This document shows positions 46,251-60,096 of a DNA stretch of 64,000 bases, in pieces. The DNA comes from Prorocentrum cordatum (Eukaryota). A program made the position numbers and the translations under genes. The notes below the pieces were generated by a model. That model was not told the DNA's origin, made no database searches, and saw nothing but the letters and a program-made list of their open reading frames with translations. The stretch spans positions 62,001 to 126,000 of the forward strand of contig CAUYUJ010000248.1 of the NCBI GenBank assembly GCA_963575745.1, written 5' to 3'. Every line of letters starts with the position of its first letter. Positions within the stretch are counted from its first letter, which is position 1.

Positions 46251-46579
46251 TGACAGCGAACGAAATTCAGCCATCTGCAGAATCCCAGCGACAGACCGTA
46301 GAACCTCCGTAGGGCTCACTCAAGCTCCCGAAGAAATCCGCAGCTTGCTGGCGATTTTGAGCGTGCGTGAACTCACCGTGGACGCTGGCAGAGGACAGGA
46401 GACTCTATACAATCATCTCCAGATCGCTCAAGGTAAACGGGTTATGCAATATGTATTGGCGATGAAGAAGTACAGCAAGAAGAAGAAGACTAGCAACACG
46501 AAGTATTACGAACACAAGCACAATTGTCGAAGCACCGTGTGCCCCCCGAAGACAGCACCGGTCAGCTGCGACACTTCTG

Positions 46580-46984
46580 TGTTCCAAGTTTTTTCCTGAG
46601 ATGCGTCACGAACACATCAGCTCACCTCAAGACCCACCCGGGTGTGCGGGAAATCTGGCCCCTTGAGCGCCAGCCTAAACCTTTAGGCTAAATGCAGACG
46701 CACGCAGAGATGCCCCGGACATTGTATCAACAACGTGACTCATGCAAGACATAGGTCCGATTTTATGAAATTACGGTAAGTTCGTGTCTACAGCAACGTG
46801 GCTTGAGAAATGCAAGAACACGCATGCAAGAGATACATATGCGGAATGCCGAACCAAGATGAAAACATATTCAATTCAAACGACAATCCCCTGCCCGTGT
46901 CGCACTGGGAGACGGGCTGGGGGAAGGAGAGGGAAGGAAGGAGGGGCAGGGGAAAAGATGGGGAGAAATGGCACAGGGAGCCTT
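46580..46984 (+). repeat. Direct repeat copy 2
   Basis: Matches 41185-41608. Confidence 0.9.
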
Positions 46985-48119
46985 CCTCCTCCTCCTCCTC
47001 CTCCTCCACTTCTTCCTCCCACTCTGCCTCCTACTACTCTTCGTCCTCCTCCTCCGCCTCCTCCTCTTCCTGCCTCCTCCTCCTCTTCCTCCTCTTCCTC
47101 CTCTTCCTCATCCTCCTCCTCCTCCTCTTCCGCCCTCTCGCTCGCTCTCTCTCGTTCTCTCTCTTTTCTCTTTTTTGTTTTCTTCTCCCTCTCTCTCTCT
47201 TGTTTTGTTTCTCTCTCTCTCTATATATATATAATCCAAAGACGCGGCGCGAGAGCGCAGAGATAATCGCCCGCCATGCCTCGCGCAGCGCGAGGGGGAC
47301 GGAGTTGGGCGACCCGTGGGAGGAGCCACGCTGTGACAACGAGGAGGCCTCCGCCCTGCGGATGATCCTGAGTGTTCGTGACTGTGCTGAGCCCCCACAA
47401 CCCTTCGTCCTCCCCGCCCCTCCCCAGATCCTCTCGGGTCAGGCGAGAGGGGGCGAGGACGACAAATCGGCTGCGTGCAGCTGGCTGCAGCCCCGCGGCG
47501 GAACACACTCCTCGATGGGTGGCCGTTGCTGCTACCCGGAGGCGCCAGGAGAACCAGCTGCATGAGCTGAGTCGCTGGCATCTCTGTCCTATCCCCACTT
47601 GTCGGTGGGCCAGGCCCTCACCTTCTGCGGGCCCCTCATCCTCCTCCTTCCCTTCCTCCCTCCCTCCCTCCCTCCCCATCCCCTTCCTCCATCCCCCCGC
47701 CCCGCCAGGGCTTGCTGGGAGGGGCCTGGGATCCAATTCCGCGCGCATCTCCCTTGGGTCAAGCGCACGATGACCGACTGGGATTCGGCGCAAGGTTCGC
47801 CAGGCTTAGCGGAATCCCCAGACACGGTGTCAGAAGGCTCGATTGGGGGTCTCATTTCCTCGCGCTCGGGGGGTCAGCATGACGTGAGTTCCCAAAGACA
47901 CTTTTCAATTGAATCTGACTGCGACGGTGATCCTCATAGAGGAGAGTGTAAATTCTCATCTGAGGCTTCGCTGCTCGGTCACTTATTTGGGCGCGCACAT
48001 CATAGCAAGGGAGAGTATTTTCCCTTGGCTGCGCCGCTACTCCGCGAACGCATGTGTATTACCTTGCGCAGCCAAATCTTCATCGTCATGATCATCCTTC
48101 TCAGGCGAGCTCAAGAGCG

Positions 48120-48272
48120 CTATGACGATTATTATGCTATGATGATGATTATGGGGCTGATGATGATAGTGATGCTGATGATGATGCTGATGGTGATGCT
48201 GATAGTGATCATCATCATCATCACCATCATCCTCATCATCCTCATCATCATCATCATCATCAGCAGCAGCAT

Positions 48273-48337
<65 letters not shown>

Positions 48338-48450
48338 CCACCACCATCATCATCATCATCATCATCATCATCATAATCCCCGTCGTCATCATCAGCATCA
48401 TCATTATCATCGTCGTCATCATCATCGTCGTCATCATCATCACCATCATC
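48120..48450. repeat. (GAT)n abutting (CAT)n
   Basis: Direct. Confidence 0.85.
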
Positions 48451-48639
48451 TGCTGTGACAGTGTACTACCGCCCCGGTTCCGTGGGGTTCCCCCCCTGTT
48501 TTCTTGAGGGTGCCTCAAGCTCCTCTTCAATGTTGTTTGTATTACGCCTTTATCCTGCTGGCTTGTTTTTTCGTGGAGCTCGCTTGCAGTCAAACGGCCT
48601 GGAACACTAATGTGGAAAACCGGGCTATTTCACTCGATC

Positions 48640-49500
48640 CTTCACTCACCTGGCCCTTTAACTCACCCGATCCTTATTTCACCCGCGTCTGTGACTCACC
48701 CAGTCTAAATCAGCCGATCCTTAGTTCACCAAGTCTATCTCACCCAGCCTTAACTCACCCAGTGCTTCATTCACCTGGCCTTAACTCACTTGGCGCCTAA
48801 TTCACCCAGTGCTGCACTTATCTGGCGCCTAGCTTGCCCGGTGCCTGACTCACCCAGTGCTTAACCCACCTGGCGCTTCACTCATCCGGTGCGCAACTCA
48901 CACGGCGTCTAATTCACCCAGTGCCTAATTCACCCGATGTTTAATTCACTCGGTTCCTGACTCACCCGATCGCTAACTGACATTAACTCACCCGGTCGCT
49001 AACTTACCCAGTCGCGATCTCAACCAGTCGCTAATTCATTTGGTCGCTAAGTCACCTGGTGCCTAACTCACCCGATGCCTAAATCATCAGGTGCCGAATT
49101 CAGCCAGTGCCTAACTCACCCAGTCGCTACCAGATCGCTAATTCACCGGGTCGCCAACTCATCCGGTGATTGATTCACCCAGTGATTGATTCACCCGGTG
49201 CTGAGTAATTCACCTGGTGCTGAACTCATCCGGTGCCCAATTCACCTGGCACCTCACTCACCCTGCGCCTCACTTACCTGGCGCTCCACTCACCCAGCCC
49301 TCACCCGCCCAGCGCCGGACTCACCCAGCGCCTGACTCACCCAGCGTCTATCTTACCCAATACCTTACTCTCGAGGCGCCTATATAACTCATACGGCGCC
49401 TCACTCCCCCAGTACCCAATTCACTCGGCACTTAATTCGCCCGGCGCCTGACTCACCCAGCGCCTACCTCACCTCGCGCCTGACTCATCTGGCGCCTAAC
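48640..49500 (+). repeat. Degenerate 16-bp minisatellite (cctaactcacccagtg)
   Basis: Direct; same family at 61330-61975. Confidence 0.85.
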
Positions 49501-50594
49501 CCACGTCAAGACCAACAATTTCAGCGTCCTCTTCATCCTCCTCGTGCTCCCCTTCCTGCTTCTCCTCGTCCGCCTCTTCGTCGTCGTCCTTCTCCTCCCG
49601 TCTCCGTCTCCTCCTCCATGCCAGTCGGCAATTAAGAGACCTCGGCAAATCGTGTTCGGCCACGGTACCCCCCCACAGACAGGAGTACCTCAATAGGGCT
49701 TCCAAAGGCCAGTGGCCCAAAGCTCTCAGTGCTGCGGAGAAGAGGGCTAAAGCGTCCAAGTGTATTTCACACTCCCAATGAGGCTAGAGGCCCTGCAGCC
49801 CTGACCTGACATTGTCACGTAGTCATGCTCATGCTCATGCTCCTCCTCCTGACTCAAGGAGGCGCCCGCACGCAATTTTCAGCAATTTTCTTGGCCTCGT
49901 GCCCCACAGCCATCTCTTGCTTTGTCTCCTGGCTTCCTGCAAGGTCGCCTTGCAGAGCCTCTTACACGTGCCTGCCACTACCAGAGGAACAGCAGGCGAC
50001 GGGCGTCTCTCTCAATGGTCATCGCATGAGATGTAGTCTGCTGCTAGTCGTGGCGTGGGCGGTGCTGGCAAAGACGATCGGATCGGAGGTCCAGCTCGTC
50101 CGAAACACGGACACGTCCCGCAGCCAACCCCGCGAGCGACGCAAGGACCGCGGGCGCGACCGTCGCGATCGATCCGATCAAGCCGCAGCAGCTGCTGACG
50201 ACCATCGCCGCCGCCCTGCCCAGGAAGGTCTGCCGCGCCACGGACGACATCCACAGTCACCACATCAGCAAGGGGCTCTGGAGCCAGTTGCACAGCATCG
50301 TTATTATTCGCAGCTACCTGGTCAAGGATTTTCTCATTAATAATTTCGGCAACGACAGCCGGCGCACCTACCTGGACAAGCACACGGGCACCTGCCTCAG
50401 GGTCAACCTCAACACTTCTTCATGGGAGACCGCACAGAGCAAGGGGGCACTGGCTCGCTGCAGGAGCTTCAGCAACCGCCTCCTGAGACTTGTGCTGATA
50501 CCACAATGGCGGCTGGGAGCAGCACCTGCCGAAGGAGGCTCAGCCTCCACCCTAGCGGCTCCTGCCACAGAAGGGTCCGCAGCTGCTGCCGCCA

Positions 50595-51599
50595 GTGCCC
50601 CAGCAGGAAGCCGGTGGGCAGCCGAATGCAGGCTCCTCCTCCGCTGGTGGGGGCAAAGGCGCCAGGCAGCATGGCAACTCCAGCAACGATGTCATCGCCA
50701 ACGCCCCCCAACACATCGTGGACCAGCAGATGTCGGGTATCGCGTTGCAGGTCCAGCCCACTTGCCTCACAGCGATGGTTGAGGTCAGGGAGGAAATGCA
50801 GGGCACGCTTCAACACTTGCTCGCGCCGACGGAGCGCCGCCTGGACATCGCAGAGACCGACCTACGACAGCTACAACAGGCGCAGCAGCGACAAGAACGC
50901 GACCAGCGTGACCTTCGACAGGAACTGGAACGCGCCCAACGAGTACTCAACGTCACTGAGGCGCAGCTACCAGCCATGGACGCTGCACGGATGGCAGAAG
51001 AATGCTGGGAACCCAACCCATGCATCTTCAAAGTTGGCGCAGCCATTGCGGTCCCCGTCAACGAAGTCAAGCGCGCTATCGGCGAGTGGGTCGCCGACGC
51101 GAACATCAGCATGGACAAGCTCAAGATTTACGGCGAAGCACCCTCCAGACGGCACGCCATCGAAGTACGAGCTGGCGCCAGCAACGGGGCCAACGCCACC
51201 CAACTCGGAGCCGTTCTCCGCATGCATGGCGGGGGATTGCGTCGCTTCCATTGCAATAACACCGCTGGTGCGGACACTCCACTCTTCGTGGGCCCCGACA
51301 AGTGCCCCAAGCAGATTCGCAAGGAGGTCCAGGCCCTCAAATTGTTGGGCGTACTGGAGGCAGCATATCAGCAGTGCATGTGGCGCGCCAACAAGCCAAA
51401 AAGGTTGGTGCTGGATGACGCTGCTCTGCTCGTGGAGGTGCGCCCGCAGGGACAGGCGGAACCAGCGGTCCACGAATGGAATCCCACCGTCGTCGCGGCT
51501 CACAACATCGACAGAGTCGCCATTTCCAAAAATTTGAACGACCTTTTTCGCAACAGCGACGTGGACACCTCGACTTGGATCCTCACGAGCACTATGTGA
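50595..51599 (+). CDS. ORF1-like coiled-coil protein of the decayed LINE
   Basis: 334-aa ORF with a heptad region (ERRLDIAETDLRQLQQAQQRQERDQRDLRQELERAQ) just upstream of the APE relics. Confidence 0.6.
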   Translation: MPQQEAGGQPNAGSSSAGGGKGARQHGNSSNDVIANAPQHIVDQQMSGIALQVQPTCLTAMVEVREEMQGTLQHLLAPTERRLDIAETDLRQLQQAQQRQERDQRDLRQELERAQRVLNVTEAQLPAMDAARMAEECWEPNPCIFKVGAAIAVPVNEVKRAIGEWVADANISMDKLKIYGEAPSRRHAIEVRAGASNGANATQLGAVLRMHGGGLRRFHCNNTAGADTPLFVGPDKCPKQIRKEVQALKLLGVLEAAYQQCMWRANKPKRLVLDDAALLVEVRPQGQAEPAVHEWNPTVVAAHNIDRVAISKNLNDLFRNSDVDTSTWILTSTM

Positions 51600-54500
51600 A
51601 CAGCGACGGAGGCCTTGGAATATCGCTCAGAACCCGGCGAACGCCATGTCTACCTCACCCCATTATTGGAAGCCTCTGCAAATAACCATTCGGAACTATC
51701 GTGGCCTTATGTGCCATAGCAGCCAGCCAGCATTGACGCCAGAAGTTTCAGCGACTCGACGGCTATACGCAGCAGAGGGTTCTCATCCTCTTACAGACGT
51801 GCCATGGGTGCGGACACACCATGCGCAACATCCGGAACCAGTACCGCATCACCTTCAGCCCTGGGGGCCCTCGCGGCTGCGGTGGCGAAACCGTTCTGAC
51901 CCCATGGCATGCGGAGGCCGCCCTCGCCACAATCCCCGCCAGCAGCCACCCGCATATTCAACGCAGGCAGCATATCTCTCGCCAGCCCGTCAGCGCCTCA
52001 AATCTGATCTCCCGGCAGGGGCTGCGTGTTCTCAACGTGCACGACCGCGATCTTGGGCGACGTGACCTTGACCGTGTCCGGCAAACCTGGCTCGATTGCT
52101 CTTCCTGGTCACGAGAAGACGAACTTCGACGTCTCGTCATAGGTGCGGGTGATTTCACCATCTTGGGGAAACCACCCTGCTCTCTAGCGCATCCGAGGGG
52201 ATTCCCCGAGGAGAGGCTAGCCGTGTACAACGTGGGCAGACATTTTAGAGACGACTATTCTACGAGAACGACATGGTGGGTTGGAGATGATTCTATCCGC
52301 GCACTTCTCCCGACGCCACAGCTCATGCAGCTTCGTCGACAGAGTTTTCATATCACCCTCCTCGCACTTTCTTCCAGAGACGGACGGCATGTTCAGTGTC
52401 AGTGCTTCAAGAGGCCACGCATCTCAGTGATGGGAGGCTCAGCGACCACGCGATCGTCGAGTCCATGCTGCAGGTCCAGAACGTCATAGGCTCCACGGAC
52501 CAGCACATCCCGGCCTAGAGACTCAAACACGCCCAGTTCAGACACCAAGTAGAGAACCACGTCAACCACACCAGCTGGAGAGTATTCTCACCACCACTAG
52601 GGCATGCAAGGAGATCATGACGAATGCCGCGCGGGCGACTCGCAACGAGCTCTCACAGCTACAAATTGGCGATCTTTCCAAAGGTGCTGAGGACGCGCGA
52701 AGGTTGACGATATCCATGGCCCCTTGCGTACGGAAGCAAGATCGTCGGCTTGCGGCCTGCCCAGTTGCCGCCACAGAGCTTGGCCCGACGTATCACCGCA
52801 TCCAGGGCGCAGAAGGGGATATCAATCTCGGACCCCGATGGCTTCGAGAACTATGGCCGCGTTCTCAACCACGCATGGGCCGAGAGGCAGCAACAGCTTG
52901 CACTGCACGCCTGTGCAGCGTCAGCCATCGCGTGCCCATGTAGGACCACAACTCAGCGCGAGCGAAGCGCGCAAGATGGCCCGTGCGGCAAAAAGACGGG
53001 CAATAATGTGGACATGCAACCGCCGCCGACTGCTTCTTCAAAGAGTCCGCACGGCGCAACCTGGCGGCTTTCAACACTGAGATCAGCACGCGGACGAGGC
53101 TGGCATTGCCCGCGAGCCGGAGGACATCATCCAGGCCCCACTCGTACATTTGAGGCCGATCGTCACAGATACCCCAGCGAACGTACTTACCATCCGCGCC
53201 CATCTTGTCTAACACGTGCCTGTTCGGACGGCTGATGACATCGACGTCCCAGACTGCCGCGACATGTGCCGCGTCATCCAGAAGAGCACGGACACCGCGC
53301 CGTGGCCCGATCGCCGGACGTACACGGCATGGGGCCCACACGACAAGCTGCAGGAATGCCTTTACGATTTGCTACTGCACCTCTTCGTGGGCAACCCAGT
53401 CCTGGCTGGGCGCCACTGCGGCGACGTGCTGATGATCCCTAAGGGCGACGACCCGCAGGATCGCGTGGATGTCGTCCGCCCCGCGCATGCCCTGCGGCTA
53501 TTACTTTTCAAAAGCAGCCATAGTGAATGCATCGCCGCTACCAGCAACAAGCCCAAGTTTCGGCGCAACGCCAAGAACATGTCATCCAGCAGAGCTTCGT
53601 GCCGCAGCGCAACTTAATCAAACGCATCGCCCGGCTGGACGCGCAGGCCCGCATTGCGAGCAATCGGACCAACGTGGAGGAGGCCAGACCATGCCCCATC
53701 AGCTTCGACAGCAAGGCGGCATTCCCATCGTTGGCGACAGCAACATGGATGTGGATGGTCCGGTGCCGATTTCTCATCCCCGAGGGCTTCATCAACCCCA
53801 TCGTGGCCGCATACGAGAACAACCTGGTATTCTGCAGAGAAGCCAACCTGTACGAACCCATGCCTTGGGCCACGGGAGGTGTTGTCCAGGGGTGTCCGCT
53901 TTCCGGCACTCTGTGGGCGTTGGCCATGGGCCCATTGCTCGGGCACCCGCGCGCCAACATCGTGGAGAGCAACGAAGGCGACGCCGGCGTACGCGCCGAC
54001 GATATCCGCAGCGTGCTGAACAGCATCGCTTCTATGACGCGCGTGCGGCCTGTTTTCAATGCCGCTGCCGAGCTTGCCGCTCTTTTCTTGCGAACGGCGA
54101 AGACCGCCTCAGTTCCTCTTAGGTGCGAGGTCACTTGGGACTCGCAAATTGCCATCGGAACCTGGTTGCACGAGTTGGTTCTGGAGTGGTCGGGGCTCAG
54201 GGTGGAAGTTTCGTTCGGTATCTCGGGCTCTGGGTCAGCCAGGCGCAGCGAACCTCGACCAATGGCGAGCACCAGAGCAGGAATGGCTCGAGAGAGCTAG
54301 TTTAATTCCGACTACGCGTGCTCCTGCCGATGTTTCCCTTCGTTTTTTTTCCGTCGTCGCTTTTACAGTCCCATCATCATAGTTTGCTCAGTTGTATCAG
54401 GCCTTCGGAAGCCGTAGTCGAGAGGGAACGGAGTCTCCTTCACCGCGTCCTCTAGCTTCCTTCGAATTCGTTCGACGGCCCGACGCTCCATTTCCTTTGC

Positions 54501-55380
54501 GCATGCATACCATGGGCCACCCATCGCCCGCTGATCCCGTGGAGCCAGGCCCACTTCTGGAGGACGGGGGGCTACACGGTTTCATATTGGAGCCTGTTGG
54601 GGAATACCAGGCCAGCGCTGAAGCAGCAGTCGGCTTCGCATTGACTCTGCGCGGCGAGTGGTCGAGCACGCTATGGCGCGAGGCCAAAGCGATTACACAG
54701 CGTTGGGCTGAAGCACAGTAGCACGCCATGGCGAACACTTTCGCGCTCGAGGCTTTACGTTGAGAGCCAGGCCGCCCGACAGGGAGACGCTGTCAGGGAA
54801 TGCGATCGGCCACAAAGCAGCCGGCCAGCCCTGGCGCTGCGAGGGGGGCCGAGATTCGTGCTGTTCTAGCTCTCGCCACAGCTCCCGCCGACAAGGTCTC
54901 TACATCTCCTCGCTTGTGTTTTCTTTTTTTTCCCGATTCCATGCTCCTCCTCCTCCGACGCCGCTGCAGAGCTTGGCTCGGGGACCTGGCCGCCCCGCCG
55001 CTAGAAGAGCTGACCCAAGCTTGGCCAGAACTCACAGCGGTTCTTCGCGCCTCAAGGCCGGAATGGTCATGGATTCACATCAGAACTGTCGTCGGCGGGT
55101 GGACCACAACACACCACGTTGACGCCAGTGTTTGTTCGTATGCCGATGTCGCCCGGATACGTTTTCTCATCACCTCATTTGCCCCAACCTCATTCGTTTG
55201 ATGGTCCTCGTCCGTTCGCCTCTCCCCTCCGACCCTATCGCCCACATCGGGCTCGGACAGCCGCACGGGTGCAGTGCCCAATTCCAACGCGAGACCGCCC
55301 ACGCATTCACAGTGCCAAGCTTACACTTCTATAGCAAAGTTCGGCACGCATCAGTCCCTCCGCATAGTGACGCTGTATAA
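50595..55380 (+). mobile_element. Decayed LINE (ORF1 still open, ORF2 fragmented)
   Basis: APE relics GAGDF, LSDHAIV; RT relics LMIPKGDD, QQSFVPQRN, SFDSKAAFPSL, GVVQGCPLSG, ADDI, RYLG; C-terminal GGWTT..C..C..D...H...CP. Confidence 0.85.
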
Positions 55381-55454
55381 GTCAACCTACTCAGAGCAGC
55401 TCAAGCTGCCATCAGCATGTAGGTGAGTTTGGCACCGGCTGCGCCTCATGCTAC

Positions 55455-55715
55455 TTGCGCTCCTCCTCCTCCTCCTTCTCCTTCTCCTTCTCCTCCTCCT
55501 CCTCCTCCTCCTCCTCCTCCCCCTCCTCCTCCTCCTCCTCCTCCCCCTCCTCCTCCTCCTCCTCCTCCTCCTCCTCCTCCTCCTCCTCCTCCTCCTCCTC
55601 TCTCCTCCTCATCCTCCTTTCTCCTCCTCGTTGTCATCCTCCTTCTCGTCCTCCTCCTCCTCCTCCTCCTGTTCCTCCTCCTCCTCCTCCTCCTCTTCGT
55701 CCTCATCTCCGTCCT
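55455..55715. repeat. (CCT)n microsatellite
   Basis: Direct. Confidence 0.9.
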
Positions 55716-56372
55716 CTTCGGGAAGGCCCGCGCAAGGAGGCCGAAGACGCAAAGCACGGCGGCGGCGACACGGCGACACCGACGGTGACGCGAGCGAAAG
55801 TGAGAAGCCGGAGGAGGAAGGGGGAGAGCACGTGAGGAAGTCTCTGCTTCTGACGCGGCCCCAGACGACTCCCTGACGGGTGCGAACGGAAACGCCCGCA
55901 CGGCCACGCGCGCAGCACTCGCTGCAAGCGCGCGCGCGGAAGGCGGGGCAGAGGCACAGAGCGGCGGCGGCGACGACGCCGGCGCCGACGCCGACGGCGA
56001 CGCGAGCTGACGGGAAGAGAGCGGGGGGAGGCAGGATCGAGGAAAGGACCGGAGACAGAGAGAGAGGGGCAAGAGGGTCAACGCTCACCCCGCTCACCTG
56101 GCACCCACCTCACCGTACCAACCACACCTGGGTCGGAATTCTCCTGGCGGCGAACTCGCCCGGCCGCACTCGCCTGCCGCGGAAGTCACCCAGCGCCTAA
56201 TTCACCCGGCGCTTCAGCACAAACGCCGACACCGACACCCACGGAAGAGGCGCCACAAACGCCGCTGTTTTCAAGAACGCGCCAACCCAGGATTGAGAAG
56301 AACGCGCCAGCTCGCGCAAGGAAGAGACGCGATGGTAGGTGCCGCCGTTGTGGAGACGAGCCCAGGCGACTC

Positions 56373-56616
56373 GAGGCCCAGGGGGGGCCAGGGGTCTGGC
56401 CCGCGCGCCAAAGCGGCGTGCCGCCAGGGGGGGCTGCGCTGATGGGCGGCAGAACTGAGGCCGTGAGGCCCAGGGGGGGCCAGGGGTCTGGCCCGCGCGC
56501 CAAAGCGGCGTGCCGCCAGGGGGGGCTGCGCTGAGGGGCGGCAGAACTGAGGCCGTGAGGCCCAGGGGGGGGCCAGGGGTCTGGCCCGCGCGCCAAAGCG
56601 GCGTGCCGCCAGGGGC
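56373..56616. repeat. About 2.6 copies of a ~92-bp GC-rich tandem repeat
   Basis: gaggcccaggggggg ccaggggtctggcccgcgcgccaaagcggcgtgccgccagggg occurs 3 times. Confidence 0.9.
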
Positions 56617-56949
56617 GGGGGCCCCGGCTGACAGGGGGCGGGGGCGGCTGGGCAGCCCAGCCGGAGGAGGAGGAGGAGGAGGAGGAGGAGGAGGAGGAGG
56701 AGGAGGAGGATGAGGAGAAGAGAGGAGAGCTTGATCTGTGCAACACCTGTGGAAGCAGGCTGCGCACCGCCTGGGCAGACAGCGCGTGGCAGAACTGAGC
56801 GCACCCGATCGGTGCAATTCCTTGTGGAGCCAGGGCTGCGCAGCGTTCGGGGAGGACGGCGGCGTGTGGGAGAACAGCCCCGGTACGCGGTGCGGCAACC
56901 GGGGGAAGCACTGTTCTAGACTGGGCCCGCGCGGGGCAGTGTCCCACTG

Positions 56950-58400
56950 GGTGTCACTAGGGCAGACGCAGGGTCGGCTAGCTCCGCCTGAGACCCAAAT
57001 CAGGTAGGCGCCTTGTAGGCCTGGCACGCCTGGTAAGCGTGGCTTCGCTTGGTCGCTGTCGGGCCAGGGGGGATCGGCGTGTCGCTTACCTTTCCCGTGC
57101 GGGCCGCTGCCTTCTCCTTTGCCCAGGCCCTCGTCACGACGGCCCTGGACGATGGAGTTCCTGCGACACTGGCGCTGCCAGACTCCATCCAGGTCCATGT
57201 CAACGTCGCGGTACCAGCAGAATCGGCGGATGTCGTGGTGGAATTATTTCAGGTCGGCGAGGAAGTCCCTGCAGAAGTTGTTCCGGCCAATCGGGTTGTA
57301 GGTGCCTCGCCACTTGCCTTTTTCGTCCCGCTGGTCGCAGATGCCGTTCCATCCATCGACGAAGAAGGCCCCGCACTCCCGCTTCAGCCGGTTGACTACC
57401 TCCAGCCAGGTCTCCCAGGCGTTGGTTTGGCTGCTCCATGCTCTGTGCCAGTTGATGGATTGGCGGGGCCGCGCGCACGGGCAATCGTTGGCATCGTTTT
57501 CGTATACGTAGCCGCGGCCGACGCGGGGGGGCCGGTCTTCCCCGGGTGCTGCACTAGTCGCGTGGGCGGAGCCTGCGGTCGCAGAGGAGGCGCCTGCCCC
57601 CTGGTAGTCCGCCCAGGCTCTGCTGTGGGAGGACCTGGGGTTAGGAGGGTGCCCAGGGTATTCGCGTGCGGGCGTCCTAGGAGACTTCCGTGCTCGCCCA
57701 GCTTTCGGGCCAGCCGCCGCGGTGTCTGGCCCGCCTGGGGGGTTGTCGCTGGGGCGGTCTCTGGTGGGGGAGGCCCGCCTGCGTCGGTGTGCCTGCCGCT
57801 CCCTTGCCGGTTGGGGACCGCCCTTCCTGCGGGGGTTCGGCGGGGGCGTGGGCAGAGTCCCGGGCTTCGGGGCTGCACGGCACGGCTTGGGCGGGGGCTG
57901 CGACTGGGATTCGCGCCGGGGTCCGGCCGGTGCTCGGCAGCTGGGGCAGCTGCGTCCTGTGGGCTGCCTTGGTGGTGGTCGGACAAGAAGTCGACCTTTG
58001 GTACGGCTGGCGATCGGCGTTCGCTAGCCAGAGGATCTGGGCGGGCGGCGGCCTCGTTGCTGCACTTTTTTGCAGCCGGGCGCTGGGGGGCGGAGGGGGC
58101 AGCTACGGCGGCGTCTCGGGGTGGCGAGGGCATGGGCAGCGTGTCCCTTGTGGCCGACCCGGCGGGCGGCGTCACGGCAGTAGGATGGGCGTTAAGCCAT
58201 TTGACGGACGCTAGGCCCGCGGTTGGCTGGTCTGCCTCCAAATTAAAAGTGTCCCGGCTTCCGGTGCTTGTAGTGGGATGGCGGACAGCTTTGCGCGATG
58301 CACCAGCGTTTGGTAGCTGCCCAGCTGGGTTCAGCGTGCCGGCTGGAGTGGCGGGCGCCCCTTCTTTGCTCGCTGCTGCCTTTGAGGCCACAGGTGGAGC
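56950..58400 (-). pseudogene. Degenerate unknown (possibly gag-like) ORF
   Basis: Pro/Ala-rich N-terminal part, then VDGWNGICDQRDEKGKWRGTYNPIGRNNFCRDFLADLK*FHHDIRR with an in-frame TAA. Confidence 0.3.
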
Positions 58401-59439
58401 CGTTGCTGTTCCGCTAGGGAGGGCGTCAGCCGGTGGCTAATGAGTCAGCAATGAAGAGGTCATGTCTCTGGCCCCGTGGGTGGCGAAAAACCTCGTGAGG
58501 TGCTGCTGACTGTATCGGCTGGGGTCTTTGCCCAGGGCAGGGCAATCGGAACTCAGAAACGTGAGCCACTGCGGGAGGAGGTTGTCTTCGCGCTCGCTTC
58601 CGCGCCTCTTTGTCTGACTAGGAAAGAGAGCAGGTGTACCAGGCAGCGCGCCGTCCGTCCCACGGGTAGTTGTCTGGCACTCCGTCCTCCGGAACCGTCT
58701 GCCCGTAGATCGTGCTCAGGAACGCCCGGCACCCCGCCTCTGTCCAGGCGCAAGGGTCGAGAACCCCTGCGGCGATCCCCATAGCAAAACCTGTAGGGGC
58801 TAGTCCCCAAATCTACTTTGCTGATTAACCTACTTAGCGCTGCGCCGCGATCCTGGTTAGCTTTGCGCCGCGAACCTACTTAGCTAACTTGGTTGGCGGG
58901 ATTCAGAAGAGGGTTAGGCGATGATTACATAAGTAAGTTCGCGGGCAAGTTAAGTATCGTAACTTCGAGCAAACTCTAGCCTAACACGCATCGAACTGGC
59001 CCTTGATGGTTGCACCATTTACGGTAACTAACCGGTGTGGTTCACGATCACATGTGCCCCACTTCTGCGGTTTCATTTAGTTTACACAATGTTATAACTG
59101 ATGTATAGCTAGGTCACGACTCGTATATGTATATGTGTTAATATGTAGAACTACTTAACAAACGCCCCATCCATGAAGTCCAGGGGGGGTCGCTGGAGCT
59201 ATAGCCGGGACTGGTGATTCTGGATTCATTTTGCCAGGATGATAACAATTATTATCCCCCCCGCACCCCACGAGCTCCAGATTGTGATTTACTGTAGTAG
59301 AATATAGTCGGAGGTGAGGGGGTGAGATCGAAGTGGAACGGAGAGCCCCCCTACCGGGAAATCGGTTTCGGTTTCGTGTTCGTGTGTGCCGTGCGTGCGG
59401 GCGAGGCGAAGCTGCGTGGGCGGGCGAGAAGAAAGTCTC

Positions 59440-59591
59440 CTCCGGCTGAGGCGCGGCCGGACCAAATGTTTCCTTTCCGGGGGCCGGTGGGGCGCGGTGT
59501 CCCGTCGGTGTCCCGCCTCTGGCTGAGGCGCGGCCGGACCAAATGTCTCCTTTCCGGGGGCCAGTGGGGCGCGGTGTCCCGTCGGTGTCCC

Positions 59592-59674
<83 letters not shown>

Positions 59675-59727
59675 CGATGATGATGATGATGATGTGGTGG
59701 TGGTGGTGGTGGTGGTGGTGGTGGTGA

Positions 59728-59761
<34 letters not shown>

Positions 59762-60065
59762 GGTGGTGGTGATGATGATGATGATGTCGATGATGATGAT
59801 AATGGTGATGATGATGATGATGATGATGCTGCTGATGATGAAGATGATGATATTGACGATGTTGATGATGATGGTGATGATGATGGCCATGGTGGTGGTG
59901 ATGATGGTGTCCCGATGATCATGATGTTGATGATGCTGATGCTGCTGATGATTACGGTGTCCCGATGATGATAACTATGTTGATGATCCTGCTGATGTTG
60001 ATTATGATGAGATGATGAGATGGTGATGGTGCTGATGATGATGAAGATGATGATTATGGTGTCCC

Positions 60066-60096
<31 letters not shown>

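Noticed and set aside
57049..58440. 463-aa plus-strand ORF
   Set aside because: No motifs; looks like the antisense shadow of a decayed minus-strand ORF
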